DNA from: an uncultured Microbacteriaceae bacterium
GTDB lineage: Bacteria; Actinomycetota; Actinomycetes; Actinomycetales; Microbacteriaceae
NCBI GenBank assembly: GCA_947487835.1
Contig: CANKXX010000004.1
Span: 173,076 to 237,075 of the forward strand
DNA length: 64,000 bases
Reading direction: 5' to 3'
Shown: positions 19,241-28,328 of the stretch, piece by piece
Numbering within the stretch: the first letter of the stretch is position 1
How the letters are laid out: each line of letters begins with the position of its first letter
Made by a program: the position numbers and the translations under genes
Notes under the pieces: generated by a model
The model's database searches: none
What the model was told of the DNA's origin: nothing
What the model saw: only the letters and a program-made list of their open reading frames with translations

Positions 19241-20372
19241 CGCGCTCGAGGCGGCCGTTCGGGCCGCGCTCGCGCGCGTGCTCGACCCGGAGATCCGGCG
19301 CCCCATCACGGAGCTCGACATGGTCGAGGGCGTCGAGGTGTCGGCCGACGGGGCCGCCGCCGTCGGCATCCGGCTGACCATCGTCGGCTGCCCCGCGGCC
19401 GACACGATCGAGCGGGACGTGCGCGAGGCCGTGACATCCGTGCCGGGCGTCACGAGCACCGAGGTGCGGGTCGGCGTGATGACCCCCGCCCAGCGCTCGG
19501 CCCTCACCGACCGCCTGCGCGGCCCCGGCGGCCGGCGCGGGGTGCAGTTCGGCCCGGACTCGCTCACCCGCGTCTACGCGGTGACGAGCGGCAAGGGCGG
19601 GGTCGGTAAGTCGACGCTCACCGCCAACCTCGCCGTCGCGTTGGCGCAACGCGGTCTCGCCGTCGGCATCGTCGACGCGGACGTCTACGGCTTCTCCATC
19701 CCCGGCATCCTCGGCCTGGTGGACGAGGCCGGCATCGCGGTGAAGCCGACCCGGGTGGACGACATGATCCTGCCGCCCGTCGCACACGGCGTGAAGGTGA
19801 TCTCGATCGCCATGTTCGTGGACGGTAACGCCGCCGTCGCGTGGCGCGGCCCGATGCTGCACCGCACGATGACGCAGTTCCTCACCGACGTCTACTTCGG
19901 CGACCTCGACGTGCTTCTGCTCGACCTGCCCCCGGGCACCGGCGACATCGCCATCTCCCTCGGCCAGCTGCTGCCCGCGGCGGAGGTGCTCGTGGTCACC
20001 ACCCCGCAACCCGCCGCGGCGGACGTGGCCGAGCGGAGCGGCATGGTCGCGCGGCAGACCGGCCAGCGCGTGTTCGGCGTCGTCGAGAACATGGCCGGGC
20101 TCGTGCAGCCGGACGGCACGGTGCTCGACGTGTTCGGCACGGGCGGCGGCGCCGAGGTGGCGCGGCGGCTCTCCGCCGGCCAGGACGAGGCCGTGCCTCT
20201 GCTCGCCTCCGTACCCCTGAGCGTCGCGCTGCGCGAGGGCGGCGACAGCGGCGCGCCCATCGTGCTCTCGCAGCCGGACGATCCCGCCGCGGTGGCCATC
20301 CGCTCGGTCGCCGACCGCCTGGTGCGCCCGCGCAACCTCGCGGGGCGCCGCCTGGGCCTCAGCGTCGGCTGA
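19233..20372 (+). CDS. mrp: Mrp/NBP35/ApbC family Fe-S cluster carrier ATPase (N-terminal DUF59 domain)
   Basis: Track ORF 19161..20372. VYAVTSGKGGVGKSTLTANLA, DADVYGFSIP, LLLDLPPGTGD. The start is set at the in-frame GTG 19233, which overlaps the DUF1003 stop by 8 nt. Confidence 0.9.
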   Translation: MADALEAAVRAALARVLDPEIRRPITELDMVEGVEVSADGAAAVGIRLTIVGCPAADTIERDVREAVTSVPGVTSTEVRVGVMTPAQRSALTDRLRGPGGRRGVQFGPDSLTRVYAVTSGKGGVGKSTLTANLAVALAQRGLAVGIVDADVYGFSIPGILGLVDEAGIAVKPTRVDDMILPPVAHGVKVISIAMFVDGNAAVAWRGPMLHRTMTQFLTDVYFGDLDVLLLDLPPGTGDIAISLGQLLPAAEVLVVTTPQPAAADVAERSGMVARQTGQRVFGVVENMAGLVQPDGTVLDVFGTGGGAEVARRLSAGQDEAVPLLASVPLSVALREGGDSGAPIVLSQPDDPAAVAIRSVADRLVRPRNLAGRRLGLSVG

Positions 20373-20415
20373 TCCGCGGGCTGAGCGCCGGGGCGGCCGG
20401 GGCGAGCTACTTCGT

Positions 20416-20479
20416 CCCTGCCCAGGCAGAGGCGGCGTGCCCAGCTTTAACCCGGGCAGAATTCCCCTGCCTGGGCAGG
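20416..20479. repeat. Family-2 nested palindrome, locus P1 (19-23-19 module)
   Basis: Left arm CTGCCCAGGCAGAGGCGGC (20418-36), centre GTGCCCAGCTTTAACCCGGGCAG (20437-59), right arm AATTCCCCTGCCTGGGCAG (20460-78). The outer 13 bp pair perfectly. It lies between the convergent ends of mrp and tatB. Confidence 0.8.
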
Positions 20480-20552
20480 AGCCGGAGTGAGACCTGCGAG
20501 TCCGGGACCCGGGGTCAGGGATCCGTCTCAGGGTCCGCAGGGGCGGAGCGTC

Positions 20553-20960
20553 CTAGGTGGCCTCGGCGTCGAAGGGGGCGGGACCGGTGTGCGCGGTCGC
20601 GTACCGCTCCCCCGCGCTCTTCGCTCGCTCCTCGCTCAGGCGGGCGCGCTTCGCGGCGGGTGTCTCGACGCGGGACGTCGGCCGCACCACCTGCGGCGCG
20701 GGCTCGTCGTCCTCGAGCAGGGCCTCGCGGATGATGCGCCGGGGGTCGTACTGGCGCGGGTCGAGCTTCTTCCAGTCGACCTCGTCGAAGTCCGGTCCGA
20801 GCTCGGCCCGCATGCGCTCGCGGGCGTCGGTGGCCATGCGGCGACCGGTCTTGACCAGCTCAGCGAGCTTTTGCGCGTAGTAGGGCAGGCGGTCGGGACC
20901 CAGCAGAAAGACAGCGATGATGCCGATCAGCATCAGCTTCTCGAAGGTCAGTCCGAACAC
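20553..20960 (-). CDS. tatB: Twin-arginine translocase subunit TatB
   Basis: Track ORF, 135 aa: MFGLTFEKLMLIGIIAVFLLGPDRLPYYAQKLAELVKTGRR, with an amphipathic, acidic C-terminal half. Confidence 0.8.
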   Translation of the reverse strand: MFGLTFEKLMLIGIIAVFLLGPDRLPYYAQKLAELVKTGRRMATDARERMRAELGPDFDEVDWKKLDPRQYDPRRIIREALLEDDEPAPQVVRPTSRVETPAAKRARLSEERAKSAGERYATAHTGPAPFDAEAT

Positions 20961-21046
20961 GCCTTCAGGATAGTGCGTTCCCCGTGGGTATCCCGTGCGG
21001 ATCGCCCCGGCGCACGCACTAACCTTGAGGGTCGAATAGGAGTGTC

Positions 21047-21679
21047 GTGTCCGATAAAGAATCGAACTGGAAGTTCAGCGAGGACCTCGTCCTCGAGGAC
21101 GAGCACCTCGTCGCCGCGCGTCAGCACTCGCACGAGCTGGGCATCGAGCCCGTCTCGCCCGGGATCGGCGCGCAGACCGCGCTCCTCGCCGGCGCGTCCC
21201 GCGCCACCTCGATCATCGAGATCGGCACCGGGGCCGGTGTCTCCGGCCTCTGCCTTCTGTCCGGCGCAAACCGCGCCGTCCTGACCTCCATCGACACCGA
21301 GCCGGACCACCAGCACCACGCCCGCACGGCGTTCGCGGACGCCGGCATCCCGGCCAACCGGGTGCGGCTGATCACCGGGCGGGCGCGCGACGTGCTCCCC
21401 CGGATGAACGAGTCGTCCTACGACATCGTCTTCATCGACGCGGACCCCACTTCGGTCATCGAGTACGTGGAGCACGGCCTGCGCCTCGCGCGGGTCGGCG
21501 GCACGGTGCTCGTGCCGCACGCGCTCTGGAAGGGCCGGGTCGCCAATCCCGCCGCCCGCGACGACGTGTCGGTGGCGTTCCGCACACTCCTGCAGGAGGT
21601 GTCGCGGTCGAAGGCCGTGACCAGCGCCCTCTCCCCCGTCGGCGACGGCCTGCTGCAGCTGGTCAAGCGCGGCCGCTAG
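21047..21679 (+). CDS. Class I SAM-dependent O-methyltransferase (caffeoyl-CoA OMT-like, Rv1220c-like)
   Basis: Track ORF, 210 aa. IIEIGTGAGVSGLCLL (motif I), YDIVFIDAD. GTG start with AGGAG 4 nt upstream. Confidence 0.85.
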   Translation: MSDKESNWKFSEDLVLEDEHLVAARQHSHELGIEPVSPGIGAQTALLAGASRATSIIEIGTGAGVSGLCLLSGANRAVLTSIDTEPDHQHHARTAFADAGIPANRVRLITGRARDVLPRMNESSYDIVFIDADPTSVIEYVEHGLRLARVGGTVLVPHALWKGRVANPAARDDVSVAFRTLLQEVSRSKAVTSALSPVGDGLLQLVKRGR

Positions 21680-21690
21680 AAGCTCGTCAT

Positions 21691-21832
21691 CCACGGTCGC
21701 TGAGCCTGTCGAAGCGACGGCGCGTAGCCGTACGGGTGACCGAGGTCCGGTTCGTCCCTTCAGCAGGCTCAGGGACCGTACGAGGCGCCACCCGAGGTCC
21801 GGTGCGTCCCTTCGACGAGCTCAGGGATCGTA
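21691..21832. repeat. Family-1 hairpin repeat, locus C: one forward G-type unit plus two reverse C-type units within a 52-nt tandem duplication
   Basis: ccacggtcgctgagcctgtcgaagcgacg (21691-21719); cgtcccttcagcaggctcagggaccgta (21753-80); cgtcccttcgacgagctcagggatcgta (21805-32). Flanks ccgaggtccggtTcgtccctt (21740-60) and ccgaggtccggtGcgtccctt (21792-812). Confidence 0.85.
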
Positions 21833-21881
21833 AGGGGACCGCGGAGGGCTTTCCCGGGTACCTGCGGGGGAAACGCTGAAG

Positions 21882-21909
21882 GCCCCGGTCCGTCTTCGGA
21901 AACCGGGGC
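21882..21909 (-). terminator. 8-bp GC stem hairpin downstream of the DUF3117 gene
   Basis: GCCCCGGT ccgtcttcggaa ACCGGGGC, 21 nt after the TAG stop on the minus strand. It is followed on the transcript by CTTCAGCGTTTCC (weak U tract). Confidence 0.4.
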
Positions 21910-21929
21910 TCAGCTCGAGATGAAGCGCG

Positions 21930-22106
21930 CTACTGGCTGGCGGAGACGACACCGGCAAGAGCGTCGTGGAGTTCCTTCGCCTCGGCGTCGTTGACCGACA
22001 CGACGAGGCGACCGCCGCCTTCGAGGGGCACCCGAACAATGATCAGGCGGCCCTCCTTCACGGCCTCCATGGGTCCGTCTCCGGTCCTCGGCTTCATGGC
22101 TGCCAT
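21930..22106 (-). CDS. DUF3117 family small protein (58 aa); below the ORF-track length cutoff
   Basis: Hand translation: MAAMKPRTGDGPMEAVKEGRLIIVRVPLEGGGRLVVSVNDAEAKELHDALAGVVSASQ*. The MKPRTGDGP...VPLEGGGRLVV signature is that of a highly conserved actinobacterial protein. AAGGGGA lies upstream of the ATG. Confidence 0.85.
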   Translation of the reverse strand: MAAMKPRTGDGPMEAVKEGRLIIVRVPLEGGGRLVVSVNDAEAKELHDALAGVVSASQ

Positions 22107-22176
22107 TCAGGTCCCCTTTCTAAGGATGTCCCCCTATTATCGGACATTCCTCCACGTTCTGAAAAATTGAGCCTGA

Positions 22177-23448
22177 TCACGGGGGCGTCCAGTCGTAGCC
22201 GTCCACCCTCCAGCAGACCAGCAACCAGCCCCACTGAAGGGCGAGGGAGGCCATGACGACGGCCACGCGGTACGCCACCGACCGGGGCTGCGCGACCGCC
22301 CCGAGCAGCGGGAACATGGGCATCAGGAGCCGGAACGTGCTGGACTGCGGGAAGAACACCGCGAGCAGGTAGAGCGCGTAGCTCGCCACCCAGATGCGCA
22401 GGTCCACGCCCAGGCGGCGCACCGCGGGCAGGAACAACCCCCCGGCGAACGCGAGCACGAGGCACACCACCAGGATCGGCCCGAGCGGCGAGCCGAGCCA
22501 CCAGTCGCCGCCCTGGAACCAGGACGCGAAGGGCACGAGCTCGCCGTAGCCGATGTACGCCGAGCGCCAGGCGAGCTCGGTGTCCGTGTAGGCCGTCAGA
22601 GATCCGGTGACCGCCCAGGCCGCCGCCGGCCAGGAGAAACCCATGGCGGCGCTGAACACCGCCAGGAACCCCACCAGCAGGCGCTCCCGCACCGGGAACG
22701 GGTCCCGCCCGCGGCGGACGAAGCGGAAGACGGCGTGCAGCCCGAGGGCGAGGGCGAACGCCAGCCCTGACGGCCGGGTGAGCGACATCACGGCGACCAC
22801 CGGGAACAGCCAGCCGTACGAGCGCCGCACGAGCAGCAGGAGGGCGAGCGTCAGCAGGAACGCGTGCATCGACTCGGCGTAGGCGATCTGCATCATCGGC
22901 GAGAGCGGCGCGACGCAGAACAGCACGACCGCGAACATCGCCGACGGCCCGCCGAGGACGGGCACCATCAGGCGTTGGAACAGCAGGGCCGCACCGGCGC
23001 CGAAGAGCACCGACACGGTGACCGCGGCGGGCGCCCACGGCAGCCCCGTCGCCAGCATCAGGCCGCGCACGACGAACGGGTAGCCGGGCATGAATGCCCA
23101 CGCGTTCTCGGCCACCCGGCCCTCGGGCGTGAGCGGCAGCTCGGCCGGATAGCCGACCACCGCGACGATGTGGTACCAGTTGCCGTCCCACATGCTGGCG
23201 AAGTCGGCGTAACCGGGGCTCGCGGCCGTCCAGGCGTTGAGTTCCTGCGCGGAGGCGAGCGCGAGCATCATGGCCGTGGTCACGGCGCGCGCGGCCGCGT
23301 ACACAAGGAGCACCCGCACCCACCACGGCAGGAGCCGCCACCGGGCCCGCTGCCGGGCGAGGGGACGGCGGTCCCGCGCCCGCGCGCCCGACGGCCCGAC
23401 CGGCGCCGCTACCCTGCGGTCAGCCACGCTCGCAGTCCCCGCTCGCAC
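22177..23448 (-). CDS. Polytopic membrane protein, GT-C/PIG-V-like mannosyltransferase family
   Basis: Track ORF, 423 aa, about 10 TM segments, with a WDGNWYHIVAVVGYP motif reminiscent of the PIG-V mannosyltransferase family. The annotated start overlaps the dapE 3' end by 40 nt, so the true start is uncertain. Confidence 0.7.
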   Translation of the reverse strand: MRAGTASVADRRVAAPVGPSGARARDRRPLARQRARWRLLPWWVRVLLVYAAARAVTTAMMLALASAQELNAWTAASPGYADFASMWDGNWYHIVAVVGYPAELPLTPEGRVAENAWAFMPGYPFVVRGLMLATGLPWAPAAVTVSVLFGAGAALLFQRLMVPVLGGPSAMFAVVLFCVAPLSPMMQIAYAESMHAFLLTLALLLLVRRSYGWLFPVVAVMSLTRPSGLAFALALGLHAVFRFVRRGRDPFPVRERLLVGFLAVFSAAMGFSWPAAAWAVTGSLTAYTDTELAWRSAYIGYGELVPFASWFQGGDWWLGSPLGPILVVCLVLAFAGGLFLPAVRRLGVDLRIWVASYALYLLAVFFPQSSTFRLLMPMFPLLGAVAQPRSVAYRVAVVMASLALQWGWLLVCWRVDGYDWTPP

Positions 23449-24518
23449 TCGACGATCTGCTCGAGCAGCACTCGCTCGTCGTCCGCATGGGCCTTGATCG
23501 GGTCGCCGGGGCCGTAGTTCACGGCGGGCACGCCGAGGGAGGAGAAACGGGCGACGTCGGTCCAGCCGTACTTGGGCTTGGCCTCGCCGCCGACGGCCGC
23601 GAGGAAGTGCTGGGCGAGCTCGGCGTCCATGCCCGGGCGCGCGCCCTCCGCGAGGTCGACGACGCGGATGTCGTAGCCCGGGAAGAGCTCGTGGATGTGC
23701 GCGATCGCCTCGTCACCCGAGCGGCTGGGCGCGAACCGGTAGTTGACGTGCACCATGCACTCGTCCGGGATGATGTTCCCGGCGATACCGCCGGTGATCC
23801 CCACGGCGTTGAGCCCCTCACGGTAGACCAGGCCGTCCACCTCGACCTCCCGCGCGGTGTACCCGGCGAGCGTGTTCAGGATGGGCGCCGCGGCGTGCAC
23901 GGCGTTCGAGCCGACCCAGGACCGGGCCGAGTGCGATCGCTTACCGAACGTGCGGATCTCCACGCGGAGATTGCCGTTGCAGCCGCCCTCGACCGAGGAG
24001 TTCGTCGGCTCGCCGAGGATCGCGAAGTCGCCGGTGAGCAGCTCGGGCCGGGTCCGCGCGAGGCGGCCGAGGCCGTTCAGGGCGTCGGAGACCTCCTCGT
24101 GGTCGTACCAGATCCAGGTCACGTCCACCACGGGCTCGGTGAGCTCGGCGGCCAGCTTGAGCTGCACGGCCACGCCGGCTTTCATGTCCACGGTCCCGCG
24201 GCCCCACAGGTACTCCCCCGGCGTCTGACCGGACGGGTGCCCCGGCTCGAGGGTCTCGAAGCGGGTGGGCACGTTGTCGTTGATCGGCACGGTGTCGATG
24301 TGGCCGGCGATCACCGCCCGCTGGGCCCGGCCGAGGTTCGTGCGCGCCACGATGGCGTCGCCGTCGCGGATCACCTCGAGGTGGGGCAGCGCGGCGAGGC
24401 TCGCCTCGATCGCGTCTGCGATGGTGGCCTCGTCGCCCGAGACCGACTCGATGTCGCACAGGGCTCGGGTGAGGGTCACGGAGTCGGCGGAGAGGTCGAG
24501 GACGGGAGCGGAAGCCAT
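23409..24518 (-). CDS. dapE: Succinyl-diaminopimelate desuccinylase (M20 family)
   Basis: Track ORF, 369 aa: AGHIDTVP, GRGTVDMKAG, ILGEPT, HADDERV. It is adjacent to dapD. Confidence 0.9.
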   Translation of the reverse strand: MASAPVLDLSADSVTLTRALCDIESVSGDEATIADAIEASLAALPHLEVIRDGDAIVARTNLGRAQRAVIAGHIDTVPINDNVPTRFETLEPGHPSGQTPGEYLWGRGTVDMKAGVAVQLKLAAELTEPVVDVTWIWYDHEEVSDALNGLGRLARTRPELLTGDFAILGEPTNSSVEGGCNGNLRVEIRTFGKRSHSARSWVGSNAVHAAAPILNTLAGYTAREVEVDGLVYREGLNAVGITGGIAGNIIPDECMVHVNYRFAPSRSGDEAIAHIHELFPGYDIRVVDLAEGARPGMDAELAQHFLAAVGGEAKPKYGWTDVARFSSLGVPAVNYGPGDPIKAHADDERVLLEQIVECERGLRAWLTAG

Positions 24519-24545
24519 CCGGTCAGTCTACGGAGGCGCCGTGCC

Positions 24546-25115
24546 TCACCCGCGGCCCCCGGGCGGGGCGGAGCCCACGGGTGTCGGCTCCGGGGCGTGC
24601 GCGGCGGACGGCACGCTGGCGCGGAGGGTGAGGTCCGCGAGGAGGACCGAGACGAGGGTGAAGAGGTAGTAGAAGCCGAAGACCGCGACCATCATCGCGG
24701 TCGGCAGCACGAGGTCCATGCGCTGGCCGAAGGAGATGGTGAGCCCGACGACCGTGAAGACGGCGGAGACCAGGGTCGCGGCCGACCCGGTGACGAGCGC
24801 CCAGCCCAGCAGCCTGCCGCGCGTGATCGGCACGGCGTTCGCCTTGAGCAGCAGCAGGGGGACGATGGCGACCAGCGGCACGACGAGGGTGTCGACGGCG
24901 GTGACCCGGGCGGCGAGCCGGTCCACGGACTGCCGCCAGGCCTCGGCGCCGCCGGATGCGAGCGAGGGCGCGGGCAGGTAGGCGTGCGAGAGCAGCCCGA
25001 AGATCGCCGTCAGGACCAGCAGGTAGACGAACGCGATGCCGAGCATGCCGACGAAGCGCGCGGGCGACGCGGGACCCGGAGCCGGCGCGACTCGATCACG
25101 AGTGGCTTCCGCCAT
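24546..25115 (-). CDS. Hydrophobic membrane protein (189 aa), unknown function
   Basis: C-terminal part of track ORF 24546..26150(-) from MAEATRDRV. Four TM-like segments. GGGGAGGG lies upstream of ATG 25115. The rest of the track ORF is antisense to dapD. Confidence 0.6.
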   Translation of the reverse strand: MAEATRDRVAPAPGPASPARFVGMLGIAFVYLLVLTAIFGLLSHAYLPAPSLASGGAEAWRQSVDRLAARVTAVDTLVVPLVAIVPLLLLKANAVPITRGRLLGWALVTGSAATLVSAVFTVVGLTISFGQRMDLVLPTAMMVAVFGFYYLFTLVSVLLADLTLRASVPSAAHAPEPTPVGSAPPGGRG

Positions 25116-25166
25116 GCGCCCTCCCCTCTCTCGGGCTGCCATGGGGCATACCGATAATCTAGGGGA

Positions 25167-26156
25167 ATGACCTCCGCCGCGCCGTCTTCTCCGCCCGCGA
25201 CCGCTACCGAGACGCGCGCGTGGGGTTACGGCCTGGCCACGGTGGCGGCGGACGGCACCGTGCTCGACACCTGGTTCCCGGAGCCCCGGCTCGGCGGACT
25301 GCCCGAGGGCCGGGACCGCTGGATCGCCCCCGCGGCCATCGAGGAGCTGGCCGGCGAGGACGCGCGGCGCAACGTGCGCATCGAGATCGTGACGGTCGAG
25401 ATCGACCTGGCGAGCGCCCCCGCGTCGACACCGGATGCCTACCTCCGCCTGCACCTGCTCAGCCACCTGCTCGTGCGGCCGAACGGGCTGAACCTCGACG
25501 GGATCTTCGGCCACCTGCCGATCGTCGTGTGGACGAACGCCGGCCCGGTCGCGCCCGCCGACTTCGACCGCCTGCGCCCGGCGCTTCAGCGCGCGGGCAT
25601 CGCCGCCTACGCCATCGACAAGTTCCCGCGCCTCACCGACTACGTGAGCCCCGACCGCGTGCGCATCGCCGACGCGTCCCGGGTGCGGCTCGGCGCGCAC
25701 CTCGCTCCCGGCACGACCGTGATGCACGAGGGCTTCGTCAACTTCAACGCGGGCACGCTCGGCACCTCCATGGTCGAGGGTCGCATCTCGCAGGGCGTCG
25801 TCGTGGGCGACGGGAGCGATATCGGCGGCGGCGCGTCCATCATGGGCACGCTGTCCGGCGGCGGGACGGAGCGCATCAGCATCGGCGCGCGCGCCCTCCT
25901 CGGCGCGAACTCGGGCATCGGCATCTCGATCGGCGACGACTCCGTCGTCGAGGCCGGCCTCTATGTGACGGCGGGCACGAAGGTTCGCCTCCTCGGCGAC
26001 GCCCCCACCGCGGACGGCGAACCCCGCACCGTGAAGGCCGTCGAGCTGTCCGGCGTGCCGAACCTCCTGTTCCGCCGCAACTCGCTCACCGGCGCTGTCG
26101 AGGTGCTCTCCCGTTCGGGCACCGGCATCGAGCTCAACGCGGCACTGCACGCCTGA
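25167..26156 (+). CDS. dapD: Tetrahydrodipicolinate N-succinyltransferase (actinobacterial long form)
   Basis: Track ORF, 329 aa. Hexapeptide-repeat region [58 protein letters not shown]. Confidence 0.9.
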   Translation: MTSAAPSSPPATATETRAWGYGLATVAADGTVLDTWFPEPRLGGLPEGRDRWIAPAAIEELAGEDARRNVRIEIVTVEIDLASAPASTPDAYLRLHLLSHLLVRPNGLNLDGIFGHLPIVVWTNAGPVAPADFDRLRPALQRAGIAAYAIDKFPRLTDYVSPDRVRIADASRVRLGAHLAPGTTVMHEGFVNFNAGTLGTSMVEGRISQGVVVGDGSDIGGGASIMGTLSGGGTERISIGARALLGANSGIGISIGDDSVVEAGLYVTAGTKVRLLGDAPTADGEPRTVKAVELSGVPNLLFRRNSLTGAVEVLSRSGTGIELNAALHA

Positions 26157-26211
26157 CCCCCGCCGGTCATCCGTCCCCGGGACGGCTACGTCGTCGGGTG
26201 AGCGCTCCGGA

Positions 26212-27465
26212 TCAGGCGGGAGCCACGGACCGCGCGGCTCGGCTCCTCGGCACCGCGAGCACGGCGGCGACGATCGCGAGAACGAGCACGCCGGCTCCCC
26301 AGGCGAGCCCGGCGTAGCCGACGAGCGCGAGGACCGGCCCGGCCAGCGCGCCGCCCGCGGCGCCGGCGACGTTCATCGCGAGGTCGCTGCGGCCCTGCAC
26401 GCGGGGTCGCGCCGATCCGGTGACGAGGTCCGTGAGCAGGGCCGACGCGGCAACCGTCGATGCGCTCCAGCCCAGGCCGAGCAGCACGAGCCCAATGGTG
26501 ACGAGGGTCGTGTCATCGGCGCCCAGCGCCAGGACGACGAGGGACGCGGCGAACAGCGCCTGCCCGCCGAGGATGGTGGTGTAGCGGCCGACCCGGTCGC
26601 TCAGCCAGCCGAACACCGGCGACAGCGCGAACATCCCGGCGATGTGCAGGCTCAGGGTCAGCCCCACCGCTGTCAGCGCGACACCGTGGTGCACGAGGTG
26701 CACGGGCGTCATCGACATCACCGAGACCATGACGGCGTGGCTCACGCCGAGCACGCCGATGGCGAGCACCACGAGGGCCCGGGCGCGCACGCCGCCCTGC
26801 TCGTTCCCGCCACTCGGCTCGGTCTGCAGCTGCCGGCTCACGAGGTACGGGTCCGGGCGGAGCCCCACGACGTAGACGACGGTCGCGGCGAGCTGCGCCA
26901 CGACGGCGATCGCGAACGAGCCGGTGAGCGGCGGCATACCGAAGAGCTCCGCAAGGTCCTCGCCCGGTCCGAAGAGGTTCGGGCCCACGACACTGCCGAT
27001 GGTCGTCGACCACACGACGAGGGAGAGGTCGCGCCCGCGGCGGCGCGGGTCGGCGACGTCGGTCGCGGCGAAGCGCGACTGCAGGTTGACCGCGACACCG
27101 CAGCCCAGCAGCGCGAAGCCGAGCAGGAGCAACGGGAAGCTCAGGATCGCGGTCGCGGCGACCGTGCCCGCGGCACCGGCCAGGGAGGCGACGGTGCCCG
27201 TGGCGAGCGCGATCCGCCTGCCCCGCCGCTGGGCGAGCCGCGCGAGGGGGATTGCCACGGCGGCGGCGCCGAGCGTGCTCATGGTCGCGGCCGCTCCCGC
27301 GAACGCGTCGCTGCCCGCGACCTCCGTGGCGAGCACCGCGCCGATGGACAGCGTCGCGCCGATGCCGAGGCCGCCGAGGATCTGGCCGGCGACCAGCGTG
27401 CCGACCACCCTGCGCTGCAGCCCCACGAGGTCCACCCGATCGGCGACCGTTCGCTCTCCCGCCAT
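26212..27465 (-). CDS. MFS transporter
   Basis: Track ORF, 417 aa, about 12 TM segments, with the loop motif ARLAQRRGRR between TM2 and TM3. Confidence 0.85.
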   Translation of the reverse strand: MAGERTVADRVDLVGLQRRVVGTLVAGQILGGLGIGATLSIGAVLATEVAGSDAFAGAAATMSTLGAAAVAIPLARLAQRRGRRIALATGTVASLAGAAGTVAATAILSFPLLLLGFALLGCGVAVNLQSRFAATDVADPRRRGRDLSLVVWSTTIGSVVGPNLFGPGEDLAELFGMPPLTGSFAIAVVAQLAATVVYVVGLRPDPYLVSRQLQTEPSGGNEQGGVRARALVVLAIGVLGVSHAVMVSVMSMTPVHLVHHGVALTAVGLTLSLHIAGMFALSPVFGWLSDRVGRYTTILGGQALFAASLVVLALGADDTTLVTIGLVLLGLGWSASTVAASALLTDLVTGSARPRVQGRSDLAMNVAGAAGGALAGPVLALVGYAGLAWGAGVLVLAIVAAVLAVPRSRAARSVAPA

Positions 27466-27564
27466 GCGACTCCCTCCGGCCCGCCCACCCTAGTGCAGGG
27501 CCCACGCGCGCCCAGGAGTGCTCCGGATTGGCGTTCCCCCGGCGCGCTGCGCCACAGTGGGCCC

Positions 27565-28080
27565 ATGCAGCAGCGGAGCGAGGTGATCCTGATCGGCGGC
27601 CGGTCCGGCGTCGGCAAGAGCACGGCGGCGTTCCGCCTGCACAGCATCCTGGCCGACCGCGACGTCACGCACGCCGTCATCGAGGGCGACGCGCTCGACC
27701 TCGCCCACCCCGCCCCGTGGGAGCACGGGCTGGCGGAGCGCAACCTGGCCGCGCTGTGGGGCAACTACCGCGCCCTCGGCTATCGCCGGCTGATCTACAC
27801 GAACACCGTCAGCGTGCTGGGGGCGGACGTGCTGGCCGCTGCCATGGGCGACGATCCACGCGTGATCGGGGTGCTGCTGCGCTCGAGCGACGACACCGCG
27901 GAGGGGCGGCTCGCCGGGCGCGAGGAGGGCGTGGAGCTGGAGCGGCACGTCGGCCGCAGCAGGGCCGCCGCCCGGCGGCTGGACGAGCAGGCGGACCCGG
28001 TCGTGCACCGCATCGACACGGACGGCCGCACCCCGACCGCTGTCGCGGAGGAGATCCTCCGGATCAGCGGCTGGGCCTGA
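27565..28080 (+). CDS. Small P-loop NTPase/kinase-like protein (171 aa)
   Basis: C-terminal part of track ORF 26644..28080 from ATG 27565: MQQRSEVILIGGRSGVGKSTAAFRL (Walker A). The upstream part of the track ORF is antisense to the MFS gene. Confidence 0.7.
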   Translation: MQQRSEVILIGGRSGVGKSTAAFRLHSILADRDVTHAVIEGDALDLAHPAPWEHGLAERNLAALWGNYRALGYRRLIYTNTVSVLGADVLAAAMGDDPRVIGVLLRSSDDTAEGRLAGREEGVELERHVGRSRAAARRLDEQADPVVHRIDTDGRTPTAVAEEILRISGWA

Positions 28081-28328
28081 GGACCGGCTCCGCCCCTGGC
28101 CCCGCGCGCCCCCACGTGCCTTCCTGTACGCGGCGCCCGAGGAATCGATGATGTCCGGTCGTGCGCCCACGGGTCGGCATCATCAACGTTGCGTGAACAC
28201 CGGGCCAACTCCGCCGATCGGCCCGGGGCGCCCCCCTAGCGTTGGATACGTATCGTCCCAACACCACCGCCGGCGGGGACTGCCGTGACGTGCGGGATGT
28301 CCTTCGCCGGACGAGAAGGAACCCCACC

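Noticed and set aside
28081-28328. Possible riboswitch (TPP or other) in the 248-nt leader of the three-gene ABC importer
   Set aside because: I could not find the conserved TPP core (CUGAGA ... ACCUGAUCUGGAUAAUGCCAGCG) or any other riboswitch signature I know. There is only a generic imperfect hairpin (28147-28184). I cannot run a covariance-model scan here, so this rejection is soft.
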